Source of the DNA: Phoronis australis
Taxonomy: Eukaryota > Animalia > Phoronida
Reading direction: 5' to 3'
DNA length: 64,000 nt
NCBI GenBank assembly: GCA_002633005.1
Contig: NMRA01000297.1
Coordinates: forward strand, 211,337-275,336
Below are positions 48,441 to 63,545 of this stretch, one piece after another. Position 1 is the stretch's first letter. Each line of letters opens with the position of its first letter. The position numbers and the translations under genes were made by a program. Under the pieces are notes generated by a model, which searched no databases, had not been told where the DNA came from, and was given only the letters and a program-made list of their open reading frames with translations.

Positions 48441-51400
48441 TTTAACCATTGGTTGTAGGCTTAATATCTCGAGGGGGGGGGGTTACTCGATGACATTGTT
48501 CACTAGTTTTGTCGTGGGGAAATTAAGGCGTCCACCTTTGTAGACAGCCTGCTAGATGGAAGCCTTAGAAGATAAACACAGTGAATGGGTCCAATTTGTT
48601 GGTCGCTAAGAAAAAAGCCAAATTACTAAGAGTCTTTCCACCCCCTAAATAAATTGATCGTAAATTGCTTGTTTGTTGCGTTTATCTTTTGGACTCATGC
48701 AACCAGGTTCAACCCTGTGAAAGCCTTCTGTACTACTCTTTTGAACCCATTTGTAAAGTTCCATTGCCATGGAATAATTCAATCATGAAATGTACCATTT
48801 CGCAATAAATTTAGTTTTGAGAGTGAGACCTATCTGAGCGAAACTGGATCCCGTGTACGTCACGTGCCATGCGTAAATGTGAGCAGCCCCTGGGCAAATT
48901 TTGGACAGTCGTCCGTGCAGATACTCCCAGTTGTAGGACACTCATACTTTTAATTTTGTTGTGCCACACAGTCACAAGTTGTAAATGTTCTGGTAGCATT
49001 GGTATGCTAAACGTAACGACAAACGAATGGTCCCGCTACGGCATCTAATTAAAAATCGTTTGATTGTAATACACGAACGATCCCTTGTTTTTCGTGTAAA
49101 AGTAAAATAGAAATTATTGGTCATTTGTTGCAGTTTCGAATTTTAACAGGAAATGTCTGTGCAAGCCTGCCAATCCCGAACTAATGAATCGCCAGCATAT
49201 ATGAGGTTAAAATATCCCATAAACACCTGCGTGATAACGTCTTGATCACGTGATCTCGGTATGGCATGACAATCGATCACGGCCCGCCAGAATTATTATA
49301 TTTGTAGGAATAAACTGTTTATCATGGTAAAATGCCTGGCATAGCCGATTGGTATATGTTTAAGTAGCCCAAGAATAAACATATAGCGATTTATTTAGCG
49401 TTCGACCCGGGAAGCACCGCGCTGAGAGCCTGTTAAGAGGGTGTCGTGTCGCTACTTCGCTTTTCCAAACAAACGAAAGTAAAATACTCTGTACAGCCCG
49501 CGTTGGTATACACAAAAAGAACTCGATATTTGTGCGACGTCAGGTCATTCTCTCTTAGCGATTGTGATTTCAAGCTGGCCCAACAAAGTGAAACCTCACA
49601 AGAGAGAACTAGCAACTGACTGAAATATGTTATCTCCAATCCTACTCTGTTCTACTATATTCAAGAATATAGTAAGTTAAGTTAGTGCCCTCAGAGCTCC
49701 AAGCCATGGAACAAAATATGTTCTGACACTACAAGCATCGCATTCTTTACGTTATCCTTTTCGGAATAATAGTTTCCCTACATTTTATCAATTCAATTAC
49801 AGTGGACTTTACCATGATTTAAGATTGATTTACTCATTAAAACCCATTATGTGATTTACACGTACTTTAGAACCAGGATTTACTCGGAGAAATGGGCATC
49901 TACCTAATATTCATTTTGAAATCAGCTTTACTTGTGTGCCGATGACGTCACATCGATGGTAAGTCATGTAGCCACCAACGGTGGTTCACACACCTACACC
50001 CTCGAGTAAGCTTTCTTGCTCCTCAGCTCGGTTTTAACTAAATATTAATAAAGCATAAAAACGGCTCCAGGCGATTATTGCAATGGGCCCACACGCCCGA
50101 CCTGCGCAAGTGTGGTACAACGTGTATCCGACCGCCTGCAATTATTTTTTAATAAACGATGGTGTCTTTATCTTTGAAAACAACAAGGACATTTACACTT
50201 AGGACTCACAATTTCTACACCATTTTCATTTATACGCGCATTCAACTAATGACAGCCTGTTCAGGCGAACTGAAGTGGATGGAACATGGTAGCTCTTCTA
50301 ATGTTCCCGGTTAAAATTGTTGGCACCCTTTTCGAAACTTAGAAACATCTCCATTTTAATACAAATTCTTAAAAATGTCTCCGTTTTAATAAAAAGTTTT
50401 AATTTTCATTTTTCATTGATTAATAAACGGCACAACGCCGTCTTACTGTTCAACGGTCTGTAAACGTGAATCTTAGCCAAAATTAAATTTTATTCATTAT
50501 TCAAATGTTCATCAATAACTACAAAGACAACCGTATGATCTATCATTCTCTCATTGCGAGCGAGACGAAAACGAACAATGTGTATTAGAAGACATCTTGT
50601 GCTCACTGGCAAGACGGTCACAGATTACAAATATTGGCTGGTTACAAGCAATAAACCGCCCAGTCATCTGCAGTCAACATGGGTGGTCGGACAAATGGGT
50701 TACAACAGCAAGTGGCATAAACCCTTACTGGAGTAGCGTTGTTTGAACCGTTGTAAGACCATATTCTGGAGAAACGACAACGTTCTTCAAAGGCGTAAGA
50801 ACTCTCACCAAAGCAACGTCATCGCCTTCTTTATTTGAATTTAATTCGTTACAGTCAGTAATTCCCTCATGACCATTATGAATAGCGACCCCTCACGACC
50901 ATAATGATATAGCGACTCAAGTTAACCCGCCGTGACCATCAAAGTCTTGTCTGACGCAATAGCAATATGTCTCATCAAGCTAAGAAGTAATAGTGTCTAA
51001 TTTGAGTACGGAACAAGACAAGAGACTGATCTTTAGTAGCTTTAATCAAAAGTTGTTTTCTGAAAGTAGGCGTGTTTTTGCTCTCCCCGCCTTTACGCGA
51101 CATCGAAATTTAGCAATAATTCTTAATGCATGCCAACGGAACTATTATCAACATAGACAAGTTAGTATTAGGCTTTTATTTTATGAAGGCAATTCCAACC
51201 ATAAACATGTTACACTGTTCAAGAAGATAACGCCAACATTATGAGTGGCGAATAACAAAAAGCTGCATCAAAATCATACTCAATCCAAGGAAAATACGTT
51301 GACGATTGAGCCATTGCTACTTTTTCTGTGATACCGCTGAAAACTGCATTGAAAAAATGGGGCAGACAAGCAACGTCTGACATCTCTGTTTCACGAGAGT

Positions 51401-51496
51401 GGCTGATCTGTAACAGTGCCCGGATGTTGCCTGTCATTCTACGCATATCTGTCAAATCGCAGAGATTATGGGTAGTGAAAAATTAGCGAGGGTTTC

Positions 51497-51504
51497 TATA
51501 TAAA
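51497..51504 (+). promoter_or_regulatory. TATA box of the NK3 gene
   Basis: TATATAAA about 100 nt upstream of the ATG at 51600. Confidence 0.65.
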
Positions 51505-51599
51505 TAATGCGGCTAGGAAGACCAATATATGTTTATTTGTGAACAAGGCAGGCAGATGTAGACTACGTGCTGTCTGTGGACAGATTAACTTTAGGCATT

Positions 51600-51984
51600 A
51601 TGGAGGACACGCGAACATCGGATTTGTCGCTGAAAAATCCATTTTCTATAGAATCGATACTAAATCCTGGAGACCAGGCAATAACGTCATGCAGGAGTGG
51701 TTGTTCAAGCAGACTGGTGTTCGTGAATCGAGATGGTGAACAGGAATTGATAAGAAAGGGGGTGCAAGTAACAAACAGGCAAATGTTAGACAAAGATAGC
51801 GGGGATAAGTCCCCTGAATCAAGAGACAGGGGCCGTGAGTTGAGACTGGATAGTATTGATGGGGAAGGGGCGGACGAGGGATCAGTGCTATATTCTGGGG
51901 CCGAAGAGGGATCTGTAGTGTATTCAGGCGAAGACAGTCCTCCGTGTAGTCCTATGAGCGTTCACGATGTCAGCGTATTTACAG
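51600..51984 (+). CDS. NKX3-2: NK3/bagpipe homeobox protein, exon 1 (TN/eh1 motif, acidic region)
   Basis: MEDTRTSDLSLKNPFSIESILN contains the eh1 motif FSIESIL; AG|GTAGG donor, phase 1. Confidence 0.88.
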
Positions 51985-54242
51985 GTAGGCGAAAATTCAT
52001 TTAGTAGCATGCTATTGAAATTTGGGTTGCGATTGTTGAAATTAAATTGTAGGTTCCTCCTGAAATATAATTATGAATAAAAATATCTGCAAAAGAAAAA
52101 AGTTTTAAATGCGTATAATCACCGCGGAATAAATCGCAATCGTCCTGTTTCACTGAAAACCCAAATTGTTTTTTGTCTGTAATTTATTGCAGTTATGTTA
52201 CGCCCTTCATTGACAGCTAAATTTAACTTGCAAATCGGAAATGTTTGAAAGTAGCAGAAAACTGAAACCTGACTTGCAGATGATTACAATGATAAGTTAA
52301 TACATCAAATTTGTTATCAGTAGCTCACTTCTCACAGATCAAAACAACACGGAAATGATTTCGTACGAGAAATGTCTACACCTGTCATTGTTAAACGGAC
52401 AGTTGATGAAGAACGACATCATAAGGTTGATGTGAGACTTCTAAGAAAATACATTTCCGCAATTTTCCTCTTCTGTCTCACAGGTTGTACGTGGCAACTC
52501 ATTCTATGTTATGTAAACAACGGAAAACGTGTTTTCAACGCTAATCAATCCGAAAACTGTTTTGAACATATACGTGAACATAGTATATTGACAAATTAGT
52601 GCAGTATATTCAGGAAACAATCCCTTTCTTCAACAATTTAATTACCAGTGTGCTGTCGACACATTTTATTAGCCTCCATTAAATTGTTTTTATATTTGAT
52701 TTAAAGTAGATTAACAAAATTCAAAACCATGATTTCTTTTTGTTTTGTTTAGACTTTTTTAGCACCTGCAAGATAAACGTATCTATCGTACCCGGAATCA
52801 AATCTTCGTTCAGCAAGAGAACGGCGATTATTTTACAACAAATACACAATTGATCCGATGTAGAGTTCCAATTTCCGCGCGTGCAGCGGCAGAAATGTAA
52901 TTTTATTGCAACGGGTGCAAAGTTCCCAGAACACGAATGGCCCTCATGGTACGCACAGCACATTACCCGTGCCCTTGGGTTTATATGACCAGGAACGGGG
53001 GCATCCTCCGCGGTTAGAAAGCTAAAACATTGATCTGTTCACACATTAGTCATACGTCTCGTCGTCTGTTGACAGTCGTCCCATATTCTACTCCGGTGTG
53101 GCACATTCTCCAAAGCTTTCAGAGACCTCTTTTTAAATTCATGTTTTGAGTTTTGTTCAAACTAACTGTATACTCAGTTTACTGAGAGTATACATGTCGA
53201 CTATCTCGAGCATTCGCGTGTTTCGAACAAGGAAATTGACATGTTAANACTCGTATTATTGAATGCTTTGTCGCTTAATTGGTTGTCCAAAGTAGTGATG
53301 TTTCGGCTACTATTGATCTGGGTAACGGCACACTGAACCTTGTTACACGGGCGATTTCCGACGAATCTTCACATGGATAGCTTCCATGAAAGATTAAAAT
53401 CATTTTGAATCAATCGGATTATGACGTAAAAATAAAAAAAGATTGCAATGGTAACGAGAGGACTAAATAATTGAAAATTGGCAAATGTTCTGTATAAAAT
53501 GTCAACTTACATTTCAAAACAAACGGCAGTGTTTCGCAAATGAGATTTAAAAATAATGCAGTGCAAAGTTTAAAATCTGTTCATCAAAACTTCCAGTGCG
53601 CAGCATGTATATGTACCAAGTTACATTTCAACGTGGACATACTTAGCGTAGTGTATTTGTACCAAGTTACATATCTTGTGGACATACTCAACGTAATATT
53701 CGCTGACGTTCAAATATATCAAGAAGTACCCTTCCCCCATTACTTGAATAAAGTTTTTTAATTAGCCATATAGGGCTCCATTACTAAATGTTCGAAGTGT
53801 TATCCTTAAGATGCAGTGACCGTTTACTTGCGAGTGTTCGTGTTCAGTCAGTGTTGATACTCAGGGGAGCCACCTGTCTCTTATCACACTACATAACAAG
53901 CATCTTTAAGTGGCAAACTTCTCAATTTAACTGTGAAATTGTTTATGCAAGTTATAAAGCGGTGATATACAAAACAATTTGAGGGTCCACAAATCCGCGA
54001 TTACGTCGCTTTTTCCACTAAGTGACGGAATAGTTGTGGATGGTTTGCGCACGAACTCGCAATTTGGTCCAACAGATGTCATGTACCTTTTGCTTGATCT
54101 TCGTCGGTGTTTCGTTTATGATCCATTCCGGTGCAGGGCATTCCACATTGAAAAAAAACGACGCGTGTTAGCGAAAGAGGACCATGAGCAAATGCAAAGA
54201 CGAAGACTACGGTATAAATCGTTTTTATACAAGAGGAGCGGA

Positions 54243-54661
<419 letters not shown>

Positions 54662-54930
54662 GTGATGAATGACAACGAGGAAAGCGGTTCCGTATCGACT
54701 GTGTCTGTATTCCCTTATAATGAGAGGCTTAAGGAAGAATCGCACTACTTCAGGAGGTTGATCAAGGATTAAGAATGACCGTCGCATTCGACTTTTTTGA
54801 TACCTGCTGTGCAGAAGCCATGGCCGTCTCGCACATGCGCAGATAGTTGAACACAATACACTGAACTAAGACTTTTTCGGGTCACATGCGGATAATTTGA
54901 GTAGCCGTAACACTTCGCCATTTTCGCACA

Positions 54931-55080
54931 ACTTTCGTCTCAAAAAGTGACGTTCTTTGCGTACGTGCAAACTTCAGTCATACGGCAAGTCAAGTGGATT
55001 TCAAACTAATTAAAGAATGATTGGTCGTATGACTGAAGTTCGCAAACGTGCAAATAACGTTCACCTCCGACGCAAAACTT
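54931..55080. repeat. Fold-back inverted repeat in NK3 intron 1
   Basis: ACGTTCTTTGC...AACTTCAGTCATACG / CGTATGACTGAAGTT...GCAAATAACGT. Confidence 0.75.
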
Positions 55081-56186
55081 TAGGCTTCGAAAATACCGAA
55101 GTACGCCGAATGGTATATTGAGGTTACAGTAACCGAGGTGTCGAGTCTAACCGATAACCTCTGGCTTTGTGACGTACGCACGTGTGCCATGGACGGATTC
55201 ACGTTCCTTAATTGGCTTAAACTGTGGTGTTTAAATGCATGTGAATACAGCCCTCGGATAAGAATGAAACATGATTCGAATGTTATTAGGATGATCTGTC
55301 CAGAACAGTCCTGGAGACTAAAGATGTCAAAGACAGATGGGAATAAACGGTCACTCAAATAGAATTCAATTGAATGTAATACTTTTGTGAAAATGTTTAA
55401 CGGATTGGAGTCATATTAATATATACGACAATTAGAGCCCATTTTATTTTTCCTAACAAAACAAAGATTAACTGAAACTAATTTAAAAACAACATATTTC
55501 CGAATTTCAATTCGTTTTTCAACAAGATATCAGTATTTTGCAAATAAATAAATAACTATTAAAAGTTTGGAGAAACCCATTTTATTGTTTCGTTGTTGAA
55601 AACAAAATAAAGAATATTTTCATGAATTTCACAACTCCGATTAAGCAAAGGAACATCGGTGTGAAATACAAAACGTAAGAAAACGGGGAAAACTACACTT
55701 TGAGCATAGATTATCAGTAAACTGTTTTGGAAATTCGTTTAAAGATATCCTTTCTTTTACATTCACCAACTTAGAACAGAGGATGCGTTGCATCAGTCGA
55801 AGGATATCCCTAAAATGCGAACATTTCGAAACATTCAGCATAGTTTGTGCATGCCTCCTTATCATTTTTTAAAAGTTGGTGTTTCCGCGGAAGCATCACT
55901 ACTTATGGCGGCCATTTTAGGTTGTGGTTCACCACCAAATATGGAAGTCAAACAAAAAATCATATTAAATATATTTAATTTTGAAAATATTTGGAGTTGT
56001 TTTGGATGAGCAATATCTGGGCACTAGTTTCGAATGAACTAACATGCGTTAAAGTCATCTTATGACTTTTTAAAAACTGAAAAGGAAATAGTATCTTTTA
56101 CTGCTACACTTCAACTTGTCGCGCGGGCACATTTTTTTCATAGACATTTGTAAATCTGCTAGCAAAATTTTACGTGCTTATTTCAG

Positions 56187-56365
56187 ATAATCTTCTGGAA
56201 CAACAGGCTCTATCAGTGAGAACGAAACCTAGAAAAAAGAGGTCGCGAGCAGCGTTTTCGCATGCGCAAGTTTTCGAGCTAGAGCGGAGATTCAATCACC
56301 AGCGATATCTATCAGGACCGGAAAGGGCTGATTTGGCAGCCGCCTTAAAACTAACAGAAACACAG
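56187..56365 (+). CDS. NKX3-2: NK3 exon 2 (homeodomain helices 1-2)
   Basis: TTTCAG acceptor, phase 1 completes GAT; [47 protein letters not shown] is nearly identical to vertebrate NKX3-2; CAG|GTTTG donor. Confidence 0.96.
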
Positions 56366-56716
56366 GTTTGTTCGTTTTCTTGAATATAAATTTCACTTAT
56401 AAGCCCATTGTGTTTTAGATTAAATTGTTACCGGTTGTTTGCTTTAAGAAAAGTTGTCTTGGTTTTGAAGATCTAGTTCCACTGAGTCAGAACATGCTGT
56501 AAAGAACTAATCAAAATTTTCACCGAAATTGAAACAAAATTCGTCGAATCTTTAAATATCCGCTTCCCTCACAAATTGAGTCCGAATGAAACAATGGTAT
56601 CACTGAGGTAGTTAATTAGAATTAATCACTATTTACCATTTGTTATAAGACATGAAAAAACGTTATCTTTAAAACCGTTTTATTGTTTTGGTTAGTATAA
56701 TATCCGTTTTCCTCAG

Positions 56717-56935
56717 GTGAAAATATGGTTCCAAAACAGACGGTACAAGACTAAACGTCGACAGATGACGCAAGAACATTCTATGCCATTGACTGCAAGG
56801 AAAGTCGCAGTGAAAGTTTTAATAAAAGACGATCAAATCCTCTACAACCCAGGAGAGATCAGAAGACCCCTATTACTACCTAGTATACCAATTCCAGGAC
56901 TTTTTCCAAATTTCCAAAATATTGCATATGACTAG
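56717..56935 (+). CDS. NKX3-2: NK3 exon 3 (helix 3 with Tyr54, NK2-SD-like motif, stop)
   Basis: CCTCAG acceptor; VKIWFQNRRYKTKRRQM...ARKVAVKVLIKDDQILY; TAG stop. Total 385+179+219=783 nt, 260 aa. Confidence 0.96.
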   Translation: MKIWFQNRRYKTKRRQMTQEHSMPLTARKVAVKVLIKDDQILYNPGEIRRPLLLPSIPIPGLFPNFQNIAYD

Positions 56936-57810
56936 TTACCCTTCATTAAAGACACGAATTCTTAATCATACGTTTGGTTTCTATTTGAGGTTCGCGCACT
57001 TTTTTAGTGTCAGCCGGTTCGCGTTCCGTAGACACTTAACATTTGCGAGTACAGCTAATGTCATCGCAAGTCTCGAATGTAATGGACGCTGATATGTCGA
57101 TTTTGGCGCAAGAAACAGCAAGACCCGACTTATAGACACGGAAATATATGGATATCTTGGTCTATTCTGTCAACGGGACGAAGTGATGGCGAAGCGTGTT
57201 TTACGGTTCAACGAGAAATGTACAGATTGGTGCCTGTAACTCGACCGATTGAGGGCGAGTACTGATCACAGAGATCGATATCTCAGTTGTAGAAGTTTTC
57301 ATCATCATCTATTCGTGTGCACAGAAGAGATACTCATTTACCTGCGTTTTGCATTTAGAAAACCCTAATCTATTCGTTTCTACAGAACGTAAATGAGGCA
57401 AGATGTGCGCACACATTTTCCAGTCATTAACTGGGACTATAATGTATTGGTTTTTAGGTGATCATTTAAATTAAACTTGTTAATACCTCGTTTCTGTCCA
57501 ATTAGCCTGCACGATGACACCACTGTGTTCCCACTTGTATATTATTGTGTTGTATATTCATGACTATTTTAAACCCATGTAAGGTAGATGTTTCGTTCGG
57601 AAAGGTAAATCATATATCATTGTGAATAATCTGAAACAACAAGCATTATGTGCTTTTGTAAATGGGGCCGTGCAGGTTCTTTCTAGTACACTTGAAATGA
57701 TATCTAAGCGAAACTGCGAGTATTGCAATGAACTTTAATTTGGTATGTATATTTACAAAGGTAACCTTAGTTTGAACCCAACTTTAACGTAATGAAAGAT
57801 ATCATAAGAC

Positions 57811-57816
57811 AATAAA
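57811..57816 (+). terminator. Candidate polyadenylation signal of the NK3 gene
   Basis: AATAAA about 875 nt after the stop codon, at the end of an AT-rich UTR-like stretch. Confidence 0.4.
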
Positions 57817-60800
57817 CAAGCAGAAGTATAACGGCTGGAGAATCGTGTTATAACTTACTTAAAGATCCAAGAGCCATTCGTTATTTAACTTATCATTAGC
57901 CCATTGACACCTTTCAACTTTCCACGTCTCGTGTTTTATCGTGTGCGTGATTACACCTGTTCGTCCGTGCCTTCAGAACTTGTGTGTATATGATGGCATA
58001 AATTTGTTTACTTTTTGATAAACGCCTGACAGAGCTGAGAGTTTATTGAATGTTTGCTATGGATACCTTGGTCCAGCTGTTGTAAATGTGAGAAGAATAC
58101 AAGCAGTTTTACATGTGTGATGATTCTGCGAACTTATGAATCTAAGGCATCAGGGTTAGTCTCTTAATTAATTTATATCACACATCGCATAGGAGTGTTA
58201 TTACGGAATTAACAATGAAATGTAGCATATCCACACAGTTGAAATGAATTGCACATGCTTACAGTACATGTAAGCCCGTTTTCTTTGTCTGGCAGCTTGT
58301 ATCCGACAACATGTAGCCTTATACTGACTTGGGGAACCTTAAGGAATCGAATATCTGGCAACGCATGGTAGCAACTAACGACTGACCCATGCTGCGAAGG
58401 GAGACATGAATATGCAAACATGCTGTAGACGGATTTGATTGAACTCGGACACCAGCAATTTGCAAAGGTAATGATGACGTTGGTCGTAACTGAGACGATG
58501 GCATCGCATGGGTGTGCAGCACTGAAGTGGGGGTCTACAGACCCCAGCCTCCCTGTGGTGCAACGCCCATATGCCATTGGCCGCGTGGCACTGAAATAGC
58601 CCCCAGTCCCATATCGTGCGCCCCACGCAACGACGACGAAACCAATGAGGATGACAGTTGATGACAAGATACGACAACAACATTATTATTGTGGACAGGG
58701 TCAGAGTGTATGACGACGACGCTGGTGGGAGAAACGACGACAGGCGTAACCACAGCAAAATCAACAACGACGACGACAAGGAGGATAAAACAGTAATGCC
58801 GATTCTAATGGTGACGACAATATCGATAACTTGACAGGTGTGGCTTGATTTGTATCATGTGTCTTATTTATCTTGTCCAATAAAGCAGTCACAGAAAATG
58901 AATGCTGTACTAGTCGCAACTAACTGCAAGTTCCATGGTTCTAGTCACAAGTAGTTGTATTGTTAATAAGTTCCACGTGGTCCACTTAGCGTCTTGCACA
59001 GTCGACGACAGACTAGAGATTTATGATAGTTAAAATGCACACTGAACGTATAAACATTGAGTCGGTGGTCTACTGCTTGACATTAACTTCGAACGAACCC
59101 TCGAAGACATTTTTTTTTGCAAAACGTACATGTATGAAGCGCCAAAGGGTTCTGAAGCGAGTAGCTTTCCTTGCCTTGAAATGTGCTTATTCAACGCGCA
59201 CAATTGCTTATCAACGCGCAGAATTGGTCACTCGTCGAAGAAAGGGATTTGGATTTCAAAAAAATTGTAAAGCAAGCATGTTGATGACGAGTGCTACTGA
59301 CTTTGTGAGGAATATGCAAGTTCGAAATTGATATATACATGCACATAAACCTGAGGCAATTTCAGGAGCTCGACCCGCGTCATTGGGGCAAAAATAATTT
59401 CATTGACGCACTGTGATTGCTTAGCTCGGGCCAACGGGCCCATTAAAACTGGAAGCAAAAAGGGCAAAAAATGACATGGACCATAGGTCCTATTAATTAG
59501 ACCATAGGCTAGAGGTTATGAGGGTCAATTCACACATACCCACCCTTTTCTAAAATTGCCCCTGTGAAATGTAATGAATTTTTGATCTTGCTCAGGGATA
59601 GCCTTCATTCAACTTCGGAAAGAGCAATGACAACCCTAATAATAGTCGTCCTTTATCGTAGAACTGAGACCCTTATGGCACCTGCCAGCTCCAGTAGATA
59701 GATTGAAAGCACTTACTAGAATTTTGAGGAACTTTCCTCAATAGCTTGTAGGTTTTGATTGGACATAATTCATTCAGTACGGGTACTGAAATAAACTTGA
59801 GTGCGCGTACTGATTAGGGTACACATTCAATTCGCAACGGTGCACATGATTGGTTCTTAAACGATTATCTTTCCACCAAAGGGGAATCTTGGTCATCTCA
59901 CGTGCACTGAACTACATCCAAGCAGAGACAAGATTATTGCGTGAGGAGGCAGCATGACCCTAACTACACGTTACGCGTTTAATAACCAATTGTTTGCTTA
60001 GAATAACAAAACCCTACGCATTCATAAATGAAATGGCCGGCATTGAACTAACAGTTCAACACATGACGCAGAAAGGCACTCTTTTAAGAACTATTTGGAG
60101 CGCCTTACATTTCAACGTGCATAAAAGTACACGTTTGAAGGCTATCTTTGTGTTGCATTTTTGCCATGAATATTTTCTGCAATAACTGTTAATTTCGCTC
60201 CATTTCTTCCCAAATCACTACTACGTAATCAGTTCATGTTTTCTGAACAAGCTTTACAAATACGCCACAAAATACTGTGTGAACTACTATAGTATTATAT
60301 TTTTAATGTGTTTATTTTTGACCACAAGCATAAACATTTTAACGTGACCTTCTGACGCAGAGTGTCTCTTGATCACACAATGATGCACGTGCACAAGGCT
60401 AACACTTATGGAGAAGATTTCGCTACAGTGATTGTTTATGTTTGACAAGTTCACCAACAACACGAATTTTTCGGGTTTAGATATCTGTTCTGTGACAAGT
60501 AAAATGGGGTAGAAAACTACCGTACGCAGAAAATAAGTAAACTCGCTGGACGCACTGATGGCGATTCATAGAACAGACGCAACAAGGAACGGTTTTGCCA
60601 GAGGGACGTCACTAAAGTTTTGTGAAAGGTATGCTCTGGCTTTGTGCTCCTGGTATTGCAAACGACCCTCTATTACCTACGTGAACACTCGTGCAATATT
60701 TAAAACACGTGCCATATGGCGTACTTTTGTGTGCCGCGTTGTACTTGTCCCAAATAACGTTGACATGAAAAAGACGTGGATTCATGCTTTTTGCACAGAT

Positions 60801-61007
60801 CCCGGGACAAAATTTATTGACGTTAGTAAAATAGTAAAATTCTTGTAACGCTTATCCTTTGTCTACGATCACGCTTGGTGAGTCTCGCCGGGCATGTGCA
60901 AGTCCCTTGTGCGTGTGGGTAAGACCGACTTCGTTTTAAATACATGTATGGAGAACGTGATCAATTTTGCAGGCTTTCCTGAATTACCGTTTACACGAGT
61001 CCATGTG

Positions 61008-61897
<890 letters not shown>

Positions 61898-63545
61898 CCA
61901 TAAGTTAATTCCAAACCGTAGTTTGTCGTGAATCCACAGAATTAAATGCCGACGCGCACATAACTTGAGTTATGCAAGTATGGACATTGAAAAGCGTTTG
62001 GCACTGCGTTGCACTTCATGATTGTCACAAAGAAGAATAAGAAAGATCAACACGAAGCAATAGATCCCACTTGATATGCTCTATATGCGCCTATTTAGTC
62101 TCATTCGTGCATATTCGAAAGTACACTAGTGGCTGGGCCTCTGCTTAAAGATACTAGATGGCGTGGCTGTTCTATTTAACGAATATCAACAATTATGGAA
62201 GGAGGGTGTTACATGGAACCTCGTTGACTAGCAGGAGGAAGTAACATTGGGACATTTCGATTGCATGAAAAACAGCATTGAGATCTTCTGATTGAATGAT
62301 GTAGAAAAGTGCACGAGATTACTGCGCCATCTATTGAGAATTACCCTTGTGTAGGGCAGCTGACGCAATAAAATGGTAAGATTCAAAGTAACAAGGCAAG
62401 AACTACCAAACGATTCACTTTACTAGTCCCTATCACTCCCGTTCCATAAGTTCACGACAGAACCAAATCAAGTCATGGGCATAAATGTCGACACAGTGAC
62501 GGATTTCTGCGTGTCATCATGAGGCAACGAACAATTAGGTGGAGACCGCGGCCAATTTGCAATGCCTAAATATTAAATTTAAGGGTTAGGCTAGGCTTGT
62601 GGGTAGTTTTGAGGTAGGATTTGCGTATAGGCTCAGTGAATGTGGTTTGTTTGCATTTGTTGGAAATGAGAAAAGAGCACTTGTTTGGGTCTAGGTGCAC
62701 TGTTCTTCAAGATGACATTTGTGCATTGCTAGTGGGTAGCCACTGAGAAATCGCCTGCGATTTGGGGTAGCCCTTAAATAAACCAGAATTGCAAAAATAG
62801 TCAGTTGACAGTGCTTGTGGGCCACATTTTTGGAACTTGCAAAAAATTTGCTTCCATAATCTAATGTTGGCTTATATCGAGCATCGGCAATGGAACTGGT
62901 GGTTTTGGAGTGAAAAGTACCGATTTTGTTTTTAACCCTTTTTTCTTAGCATACCTTGCTTTTTAGTAGGAGTGAATAGGTGGAAATTACAAGAAATAAC
63001 AAAGCTTCAGTGTGCTATTAGGGCTCTTTGCATACAGTTTTCGACGAGTGACGAGTCCATTGACATGTGTTCTGATAGGCAAACCCCAGTGAGAAATGTT
63101 CTGTGCCCCCTCATTATCATTTCACATGATCAGCCTTCTGTATAGATGGCGCTGCGGCGTGACATACTAGTCTAGTATAAAGGCCTCTATGAACTTCAGT
63201 CTGGTAAACATATATGACACCTAAATTCTGATTGCTTAAACAAATATGATGTCACCCCGTGTACTTAAATCAATTGAACACAAAGGGCATGCTTTTACAA
63301 CCTTAACTGCAGTAACTTGGGTCATAATTCAGTTGACAAAGGCAGGTTGTGATCACCATGCCTAATGATCACATTGCAGTAACAGTGCAATTAAATCGCT
63401 GAGCAACAATAATCTTAGTAAACTTACAGAAAAATGAAAAGCAGTTTAAAATGTTAAAACAGGCGCACAAATCAGACCGTATGATTGAATATCTGAAACG
63501 TTATTACCAGACTATAGTGCTAGTAATGACAACGTGTCACTGGTG

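Noticed and set aside
51567-51599. GTG-initiated extension of the NK3 ORF
   Set aside because: The in-frame ATG at 51600 has good context and sits just before the eh1 motif
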